DNA of 64,000 bases from Patescibacteria group bacterium (GTDB lineage Bacteria; Patescibacteriota; Patescibacteriia; 2-01-FULL-39-33): the NCBI GenBank assembly GCA_041662745.1, contig JBAZRV010000003.1:56034-120033 (forward strand), in the 5' to 3' direction. Every line of letters begins with the position of its first letter. Position 1 is the stretch's first letter. Both the position numbers and the translations under genes were made by a program. Shown here piece by piece: positions 1 through 6,547 of the stretch. The notes under the pieces were generated by a model. That model was not told the DNA's origin. It saw only the letters and a program-made list of their open reading frames with translations, and did no database searches.

Positions 1-552
1 TTGGATAATTTAACTTCCGGCCAATTTTTTTTTAAGGGGCGCGATGTCAGCAATTTGGATGAAGATGAGCTGGCGCGCATCAGGAATGAAGAAGTCGGCT
101 TTGTTTTTCAAGCCTTCCATCTATTGCCCAAGACTTCGGTCTATAACAATGTCAAGTTGCCTTTGCTTTACAGCACGGCCAAAGATGCCGACCAAAAGGT
201 CAGGACGGCGATTAAGGCCGTGGGGCTGGAACATCGCACCAATAATTTTTCCAATCAACTCTCCGGTGGCGAGAAACAGAGAGTCGCCATTGCCCGCGCC
301 TTGGTCAATAATCCGTCAATTATTTTTGCCGATGAGCCGACCGGCAATTTGGACAGCAAGTCAGGCAATGCCATCATGGAAATCTTGGAAGATTTAAACG
401 ACGCCGGCCATACGATTATCCTGGTTACTCACGAAACCGACACGGCTAAGCACGCCAAACGCATCATTAAGATTGTTGACGGTTTAATTGCTGAGGATTA
501 TAATGTCGCCGATCGTCGCAGCGCTAAGAACGGCGGGCAATTAATGAAATAA
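1..552 (+). CDS. ABC transporter ATP-binding protein, MacB/LolD-like (5' partial, starts before window)
   Basis: ABC signature [15 protein letters not shown], Walker [14 protein letters not shown]-loop VTHE; directly followed by FtsX-type permease. Confidence 0.88.
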   Translation: MDNLTSGQFFFKGRDVSNLDEDELARIRNEEVGFVFQAFHLLPKTSVYNNVKLPLLYSTAKDADQKVRTAIKAVGLEHRTNNFSNQLSGGEKQRVAIARALVNNPSIIFADEPTGNLDSKSGNAIMEILEDLNDAGHTIILVTHETDTAKHAKRIIKIVDGLIAEDYNVADRRSAKNGGQLMK

Positions 553-553
553 C

Positions 554-1789
554 ATGCGATTTACCGAAACCGTCAAACTGTCTTTTTCTGTTTTGCGCAC
601 CAACCGAACGCGCAGTTTTTTGACTTCTTTGGGAATTATTATCGGTATTGCCGCCGTTATTGTGATTATTTCCGCCGGCGCCGGAGCACAATCGCTTATC
701 GTTAACCAATTCAACGCTATCGGCACTAATTTAATAGGTGTTCTTCCCGGCGCCAGCGATGAGAACGGTCCGCCCGCTTCCGCTTTCGGCATTATTTTGC
801 AGACGCTCAAATACGAGGATGCTCAAGCAATTGCGCAAACAATACCGCACGCCAGCGCCGTCTCTTCCTATAATACCGGGGTGGCCACGGCATCTTATCA
901 GGGCGCTAAAGTGGATACCACTTATTACGGCGTTATGCCCGATTACGTGTTGGTTGAGGATACGGGAGTGGAGACAGGGAGATTTTTCGGGGATGACGAG
1001 GACCGGGGCAGTTCAAAAGTTGCCGTATTGGGCTGGCAGGTGGCGCAGGATTTGTTTGGCGGTCAGGATGCCGTGGGTCGCAAGATAAAAATCGGCAAGG
1101 AATTTTTTGAAGTGATCGGGGTAATGCGCAAGCGCGGCGTTTCCGGCTTCCAAAACAATGATAATATTATTCTAATACCGGCGCAGACCGCGCAAAAAAT
1201 AATGCTGGGCGTGCGTCATGTAAATTTCATCCGCGTTAAGGTTGATCAGCAGGAAAATCTGCCGCAAACCGTAGAAGACATCCGTTTTTTGTTGCGCGAT
1301 CGCCATAACTTACTGGAATCAAAGGTTGATGATTTTAATATCCGCAACACAGCCGATGCTATCAAAACCTTAACCTCCATTACCGACGTGTTGAAGTTTT
1401 TCCTGGCCGCCATCGCCAGCATCTCTTTGCTGGTCGGCGGCGTGGGCGTAATGAATATCATGTTAGCTTCGGTCAATGAGCGCGTTCGTGAAATCGGTTT
1501 GCGCAAGGCCGTGGGCGCCAAGCCCGGTGATATTATGGTGCAGTTTTTGGCTGAATCGGTTACCGTCACGTTGGCCGGAGGGGTTATCGGCATTATTATC
1601 GGTTCACTGATTTCGGCGTTGGTTGCCGTAGTCGCCAAATACCTGGGCTATGATTGGGATTTGGTGGTCTCGCCGCTGTCAATATTTATGGGTTTTGGCG
1701 TGGCTTTTGTCGTGGGTTTGATTTTTGGCATTTATCCGGCCACTCGCGCGGCCAAACTTAACTCCATTGAGGCGCTAAGGTGGGAATAG
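554..1789 (+). CDS. ABC transporter permease, MacB/FtsX family (411 aa)
   Basis: N-terminal TM, large periplasmic domain, C-terminal 3 TM; typical MacB/LolE-family end ...FGIYPATRAAKLNSIEALRWE; 2 nt after ATPase gene. Confidence 0.85.
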   Translation: MRFTETVKLSFSVLRTNRTRSFLTSLGIIIGIAAVIVIISAGAGAQSLIVNQFNAIGTNLIGVLPGASDENGPPASAFGIILQTLKYEDAQAIAQTIPHASAVSSYNTGVATASYQGAKVDTTYYGVMPDYVLVEDTGVETGRFFGDDEDRGSSKVAVLGWQVAQDLFGGQDAVGRKIKIGKEFFEVIGVMRKRGVSGFQNNDNIILIPAQTAQKIMLGVRHVNFIRVKVDQQENLPQTVEDIRFLLRDRHNLLESKVDDFNIRNTADAIKTLTSITDVLKFFLAAIASISLLVGGVGVMNIMLASVNERVREIGLRKAVGAKPGDIMVQFLAESVTVTLAGGVIGIIIGSLISALVAVVAKYLGYDWDLVVSPLSIFMGFGVAFVVGLIFGIYPATRAAKLNSIEALRWE

Positions 1790-1924
1790 GGGAGTTAATG
1801 TTCAGTTGCTAACGGATCGGCTTTTAGTTAATAGATCGCTTATTTTTAGGCGATTTTTTTAATTTAATTTTGTCTAATTTTACGTATTTATTGATAATTA
1901 AATTAGAAAAAGTGGATAAAACAC

Positions 1925-1953
1925 TTGACAAAATATTTAAGGTGTGATATAAT
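1925..1953 (+). promoter_or_regulatory. consensus sigma70 promoter: -35 TTGACA (1925-1930), 17-nt spacer, extended -10 TGaTATAAT (1945-1953)
   Basis: exact TTGACA-N17-TATAAT with TG at -15/-14 read directly from sequence; predicted TSS about 1960, upstream of a GC-rich structured region. Confidence 0.6.
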
Positions 1954-1959
1954 AGTTTA

Positions 1960-2910
1960 TTCAAGATGATGGTTGTGGATAACTGAACAAAATTCAATTA
2001 TTGACAATATCATCTTGTGGCAGTTTAAAAGCTGTTTTAAAAGAGTTCTTCGGAGCTCTTTGTCAGGGCGGCATACGGCTTATGTCGTGTGTCGCCCTTG
2101 ACAAAGGTTTCTGAAAAGCGATGGCTAATTCTTGTTGATGGCTGTTTTTTTGAGTGGACATAGTCCGAACAGTATCGGCGAGAACGGTTGCAACGCAGAA
2201 ATCCAGGGTTCTTGGGTGGTATCGGCTGAAGGTGCCAATCCGACTTCGGGTCGGTCGCAGCTAATGCTTAAATAAAAAAATCGACCGAAGGCCGATGCCC
2301 CCAAGAATCCGACCTAAGAATCAGAAATGCACTTTAACGGCTGACTTAATTACGGTCAGCCCTCCACTTAAGCTCAGGATAAATCATGATCTTAACGGGA
2401 GCTTGAACATTACTAAGCATTCATCTGCGGCAGTTTGTCGCCGCATCGATATGATTAAGGCGTATGCTTGTCCGCCTGATCAAGTCCAAAGCCAAAAGCC
2501 GAGGATTTTGGGAGGAGATTGAGCTGAAGAGGGGGCATGGTTTGAAATTATATATTTACCAATCGCCTTAATTCACTTCTTCAAGTCTTGATTATATCGA
2601 TGCGGTAGCAATGTTTGGCCGTCAAGCAGGCGGGCAAACGCGCGCCGCAAGCACTTTCTTTGAAAGAAGAATTTCCCCACCGTCGGGCCATTATCCCGCC
2701 GGATCGGTAGACTTCCTCCTTTCTCTGGGGAGGCGTCATGTAACCGCATGCGCCTCCCCCACACGCCTCAGACAGTATGGTTCGAGGGCGCATAATCAAA
2801 TCCTCACAAGGGAAGCTTGGTTTTACGCTTACGGCTTAAGTACTGTTTGAGGCGTGTGTTTTAAAACGGCATTTCATTCTACGAGCAATCTCGTGAAGGA
2901 GGGTCTGTCT
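1960..2910 (+). ncRNA. unclassified GC-rich highly structured RNA (long 5' leader of zinc-ribbon operon or independent ncRNA)
   Basis: no credible ORF with RBS over ~950 nt; GC visibly above flanks; many perfect hairpins (UUCG-loop hairpins at 2042-2059 and 2244-2258; 18-bp helix 2760-2777/2841-2858; long-range helix 2207-2225/2292-2310); mutually exclusive hairpins around 2715-2757. Confidence 0.35.
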
Positions 2911-3093
2911 ATGGTAATTCAATGTTGCGTTTGCTCCAAGGTGCGTTCGGCCGGTACTTGGGAAGTCCGGAGCATCCCTCCCGGGGAGCAGGTTTCCCAC
3001 GGCTATTGCCCAGAATGCGCCGAAAAAGTGTTTCAGGGCATAGAGCGGGAGTTGGCCGCGCGACAAAAGAAGGAGGAGACCGTCAATGGCTAA
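2911..3093 (+). CDS. small zinc-ribbon protein (60 aa), CxxC ... YCPxCAE
   Basis: ATG at 2911 preceded by AGGAGGG (2897-2903); Cys pairs CCVC and CPEC; stop overlaps start of paralog (ATGGCTAA). Confidence 0.6.
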   Translation: MVIQCCVCSKVRSAGTWEVRSIPPGEQVSHGYCPECAEKVFQGIERELAARQKKEETVNG

Positions 3094-3286
3094 AGGTAAG
3101 TGTCCGGCTTGCTTCAAAGTTGAAGTAGCGCCGGGACAATGGAAGAATGTCGCCTTGCCGGTCGGCGAGGAAACATTTCCCCAATATTGTCCAAAGTGTG
3201 CCGAACACAACGCTTATGTTCGGGGGAGCATCCTGGCATCCAAGAGGTTGGCGGATGCGGCCCTGGCCTCGGCGTCGGGCAAATAG
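3086..3286 (+). CDS. small zinc-ribbon protein paralog (66 aa), CPAC ... YCPKCAE
   Basis: RBS GAAGGAGGAG upstream; same Cys spacing and shared YCPxCAE motif with preceding ORF; translationally coupled. Confidence 0.6.
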   Translation: MAKGKCPACFKVEVAPGQWKNVALPVGEETFPQYCPKCAEHNAYVRGSILASKRLADAALASASGK

Positions 3287-3293
3287 TTCAATG

Positions 3294-3322
3294 AAGGAGG
3301 AGGCTGCGCGCTTCCTCCTTTA
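3294..3322 (+). terminator. hairpin aaggaggagg-ctgcgcg-cttcctcctt with short T tract
   Basis: 10-bp stem (1 mismatch) immediately after zinc-ribbon operon stop; weak U-run. Confidence 0.4.
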
Positions 3323-3497
3323 AAATTAATTTTGATTTATCCACAGCCAGACTCTTGACACTATATTGTTTTTATAAAAATTTAAGATATAATTTTATAT
3401 TAAGGGATGACACTAAGCGTCAGGCATTTTCAATCGCACTTTCCTAAAAACATTTTTAGGATCACACTTAAGTGTGATTTCGAAAATTCTCGTCGCG

Positions 3498-3526
3498 TCT
3501 TCTCCAAGTCCCGCCCATGTGGCGGG
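3498..3526 (+). terminator. intrinsic terminator-like hairpin gtcccgcc-catg-tggcgggac + TTTTAATT
   Basis: 8-bp perfect GC-rich stem followed by T-run; lies in a hairpin-rich 200-nt intergenic stretch (perfect hairpin atcacact-taa-gtgtgat at 3459-3477). Confidence 0.45.
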
Positions 3527-3555
3527 ACTTTTAATTGGCTGATTTTTTTGATTAG

Positions 3556-3564
3556 TGTTATAAT
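3556..3564 (+). promoter_or_regulatory. extended -10 promoter TGtTATAAT upstream of membrane-protein gene
   Basis: TGTTATAAT 22 nt upstream of ATG at 3586. Confidence 0.4.
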
Positions 3565-3585
3565 TTAATCAAGCAATCAAATCCT

Positions 3586-3963
3586 ATGTCGCTTAAGCAA
3601 TTAATCATCATCGTTGCCATTGCCACATTATTATGCTGGGCCAGCTGGTTGCTGGTCATTTTTGAGGTGGATCCGACGACTGCCGGCTTTTACGGCTTGC
3701 TGATTTTTTATGCCAGCATGTTTTTTTCTTTGCTCGGCTTATTTTTTTTGATCAGTTTCGGTTTCAGGAAGATTTTCAACAAGCTGGAAATGGAATACAG
3801 GCTGGTGGGCATGTCTTTCCGCCAATCGTTTTTCTTTGCCCTGGCAGTCGTCGGTTTCTTTTTTTTGCAAAGCAAGGATTTGCTGACTTGGTGGAATAGC
3901 ATTATGTTGCTGGCGGCTCTGGTGATTTTGGAATTTTTCTTTTTGAGTTATCGGAAAAAGTAA
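3586..3963 (+). CDS. hypothetical small membrane protein (125 aa, 4 predicted TM)
   Basis: long ORF, hydrophobic segments. Confidence 0.55.
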   Translation: MSLKQLIIIVAIATLLCWASWLLVIFEVDPTTAGFYGLLIFYASMFFSLLGLFFLISFGFRKIFNKLEMEYRLVGMSFRQSFFFALAVVGFFFLQSKDLLTWWNSIMLLAALVILEFFFLSYRKK

Positions 3964-4019
3964 GGCAACAGAAGGCGTCCCTTGTCGGGACGTTTTTTTT
4001 ATTTGGCATTATAATGTTT

Positions 4020-4262
4020 CTTGTTATTTTTACTCTCTCATGTCATTCCTGGCTTGACCAGGAATCCAGGTTTTCCTGTCATCCTGAGGCGCACCTGCCT
4101 GCCGGTAGGCAGGGACGGGAATCCAGGTTATTTTTATCCGTCATTGCGAGCGAAGCCGTAATCGGCGAAGAGCGGCAATCTTTCAGTGAACATAAATGTG
4201 GCCTTCAATATTGCTTCGTTCCGCTACGCTACACTCGCAATGACGAAAAGCAATTTGACTAA
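4020..4262. repeat. cluster of 3 tandem MITE-like hairpin units, GTCATTCC...GGAATCCAGGTT family (third unit flanked by inverted repeats gtcattgcgagcg/cactcgcaatgac)
   Basis: units at about 4040-4072, 4078-4130, 4140-4250; each self-complementary; second copy of family at 55866-55945 shares cctgcct-N-ggcagg core and GGGAaTCCAGGTTATTTTT(a/g)TCATT. Confidence 0.6.
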
Positions 4263-4352
4263 GTTAAGATAAAATAGCTATAATATATTCATATTAAGCT
4301 ATTTTTCTCCCCCTTACGAAGGGGGAGATTAAGAGGGAGTTATAGAGAAACT

Positions 4353-5411
4353 ATGAAAGAAAAACTTAGCCAATTAAAGGCGCAATTCACCGAAGAATCG
4401 GCAAAGGTCAAATCAGCCAAAGAGCTGGAGGAGCTGGAGAGTAGATTTTTGAGTCGTAAAAGCGGACTGCTGACCGGTATCATGAAGGAGATCAAGGATG
4501 TGGCCAAGGAAGAGGTGGCGGAAATCGGCGCTTTGGCTAACGAAACCAAGGAATATATCGTTGAGGGACTGGCAGCGCTTAAGGGCAATTTGGCCGGCGC
4601 CGGCTCTTTTAATTTTGATTTTACCGTGCCCGGCCATAAGCCGCCGGTCGGACATTTGCATTTATCAACCATTGCCATCCGCGAAATTGAAAGCATTTTA
4701 GAGCCGTTGGGGTTCAAGCGTGTTAGGCATCCTGATATTGAATGGGATTATTATGCTTTTGAAACCCTGAATATGCCCGGAGATCATCCGGCGCGCGATG
4801 ATTGGGAAACTTTTTTTATTGATGAAGCGCCGATTAAGATGAATTTGCCGGCTAATTCCAAAAAACTGGTCAAAGAGGGGAGACGGCTGCTCACTCCGCA
4901 CACTTCCAGCATTCAGGTGCGTGAAATGGAAAAAGGCGAACTGCCGATTCGGATGATGAATATTTCCAAATGCTATCGCCGGCAGATTGATGTTTCCCAT
5001 GTGCCGATGTTCCATCAGTTTGAAGGACTGGTGATTGACAAGGGGATTAACATCACCCATTTGAAAGGCACGATTGATTATTTTGTTAAGAAATTTTTCG
5101 GCGAAGATCGGGTTATTCGTTTGCGTCCGCATCATTTCCAGTTTACCGAACCGAGTTTTGAGGTGGATATTTCCTGCGGTTTGTGCAATGGCGCGGGTTG
5201 CAAGATGTGCAAAGAGGGCTGGCTGGAACTGGCTGGCGCCGGCATGGTGCACCCCAATGTCCTAAAAGCCGGAGGAATTGATCCGGAGAAGTATTCCGGG
5301 TTTGCTTTCGGTTGGGGTGTGGAGCGATGTTTCTCAATGAAATCGGGACTTAATATTGATGATTTGCGGTTGATGTATAAGAATGATTTGAGGTTTAATG
5401 AACAGTTTTAA
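4353..5411 (+). CDS. pheS: phenylalanine--tRNA ligase alpha subunit
   Basis: class II motifs: FPFTEPS-like region FQFTEPSFEVD, GAGMVHPNVL, FAFGWGVERC; RBS AGAGGGAG. Confidence 0.93.
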   Translation: MKEKLSQLKAQFTEESAKVKSAKELEELESRFLSRKSGLLTGIMKEIKDVAKEEVAEIGALANETKEYIVEGLAALKGNLAGAGSFNFDFTVPGHKPPVGHLHLSTIAIREIESILEPLGFKRVRHPDIEWDYYAFETLNMPGDHPARDDWETFFIDEAPIKMNLPANSKKLVKEGRRLLTPHTSSIQVREMEKGELPIRMMNISKCYRRQIDVSHVPMFHQFEGLVIDKGINITHLKGTIDYFVKKFFGEDRVIRLRPHHFQFTEPSFEVDISCGLCNGAGCKMCKEGWLELAGAGMVHPNVLKAGGIDPEKYSGFAFGWGVERCFSMKSGLNIDDLRLMYKNDLRFNEQF

Positions 5412-5435
5412 GATTAATATCATAATTAGTATTAT

Positions 5436-5984
5436 ATGGGTAACCAAATTAAAAACAACAAATTAAAATATCTATTTTGGCTATCAAGTATAGCCATAAT
5501 ATTTTGGATAATTTTTGGTCTCGGCTTGCAAAGGGATTATAAGAACTGCGGTAGTGCAATCTCTAAAATTTCCTTTTTTGGAATAGTTTTGTATGAGTAC
5601 GATAATCCGTGTCCTGTTACAAATACAAAAACACCAGAATTAAGTGACTTAGATATATTTTCGATAGAAATTAATAGGCATCCAAATTTGAGAGGATTTC
5701 CATTTTCTGAAGTTGTAGATTTTTCTCGTTTTGATAAAAGTAATTTGAAAGCTATTTGGATGATTATATCATTTGTTTCATTATTGAATTTGATTTTTTA
5801 TTTTGTTTTTTTTCAAATACTATTTAAAATTTTAGATAAGGTTAGTAACAATTATAGAAAAATAGTTTTTATAATTTTGATGATTACGATTTCTCTTATA
5901 TTTTTAATTATATCATCTATAAATGCCAAATATTCTTTAAGTTATTTAACTTTCTATTCAATTTTAACAATTTTTAAATTGTAG
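5436..5984 (+). CDS. hypothetical membrane protein (182 aa), strongly AT-rich gene
   Basis: long ORF in markedly AT-rich segment inserted between pheS and pheT; N- and C-terminal TM segments. Confidence 0.5.
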   Translation: MGNQIKNNKLKYLFWLSSIAIIFWIIFGLGLQRDYKNCGSAISKISFFGIVLYEYDNPCPVTNTKTPELSDLDIFSIEINRHPNLRGFPFSEVVDFSRFDKSNLKAIWMIISFVSLLNLIFYFVFFQILFKILDKVSNNYRKIVFIILMITISLIFLIISSINAKYSLSYLTFYSILTIFKL

Positions 5985-6028
5985 GCTTTTTATAAATCTA
6001 AATATTTCAATAACCGACTGAAGTCGCT

Positions 6029-6544
6029 ATGATTAAACCCCTCAAGCAATCAACATACGAAACTTGTTTGACCTGTTGTTTATTAATGCTTGCAGGAAAA
6101 AGCAGAAAAGATGAAATTGAAATTTGGAAGCATGGCTGGAAATTCAATTATCTAATCGGCCAGATTAATTTTGTTAGCAGCAAATACAATAAAAAGGTAA
6201 CCGCTTATATTGAGAATAAGTATTATTTTAATGAACTGAAAAACCAAGGCGGTAAAAATGTCAGATTAATTAACAGCAAAATTAACTTAAAGCTGATTAA
6301 TAAGCTTTTAGAGGAGGGGAGTGTCGGGGTTTATTGTGATGCTTACTATCCTTTTGCCGCCCATTCCGGTTATGTCCATGCTCCGCACTTTATAGTATGT
6401 TTAAGCAGGGATGGGGATTTTATGGAATTAGCCGATCCCTGGGATGGCCAGATCAAAAAGTGGCCGGTCAAAGAAATCAACAAGGCGATAATCAGTTTAC
6501 GTAATCATTTAAAGTATAGCCCAGTTTTGATAACAATTAATTAA
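6029..6544 (+). CDS. putative standalone C39-like cysteine peptidase (171 aa)
   Basis: N-terminal Q-x6-C-L-T-C-C-L-L-M-L resembles C39 Q...DCGxACLxMI catalytic Cys region; C-terminal HFIVCLSRDGDFMELADPWDG matches H-F-V-V ... I-A-D-P-x-x-G His/Asp motif of C39 peptidase domains. Confidence 0.45.
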   Translation: MIKPLKQSTYETCLTCCLLMLAGKSRKDEIEIWKHGWKFNYLIGQINFVSSKYNKKVTAYIENKYYFNELKNQGGKNVRLINSKINLKLINKLLEEGSVGVYCDAYYPFAAHSGYVHAPHFIVCLSRDGDFMELADPWDGQIKKWPVKEINKAIISLRNHLKYSPVLITIN

Positions 6545-6547
6545 TAT

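Noticed and set aside
2955-2985. GGGAAGUCCGGAGC resembling RNase P RNA CR-I (AGGAAAGUCCGGGCUCC), with CCGGCUUG at 3103 as a possible P4 partner
   Set aside because: Both lie inside the two RBS-supported zinc-ribbon ORFs, are only ~140 nt apart, and no CR-II/CR-III/CR-V motifs are present. Coincidental.
2295-3210. Multiple 60-125-aa ORFs on both strands inside the GC-rich leader (2295..2522, 2573..2799, 2611..2850, 2836..3210)
   Set aside because: No RBS, Arg/Pro/Gly-rich GC-frame artefacts, mutually overlapping; region is better explained as structured RNA.
4014-4262. 82-aa ORF (MFLVIFTLSCHSWLDQES...)
   Set aside because: Lies entirely within the MITE-like hairpin repeat cluster; no RBS; reading frame is a by-product of the palindromic repeats.
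4296-4318. hairpin ctccccc-ttacgaa-gggggag just upstream of pheS RBS as a terminator/T-box
   Set aside because: No following U-run and no T-box consensus (AATTAGGGTGGTACCGCG) nearby; likely just a 5'-UTR stem, possibly regulatory but unsupported.
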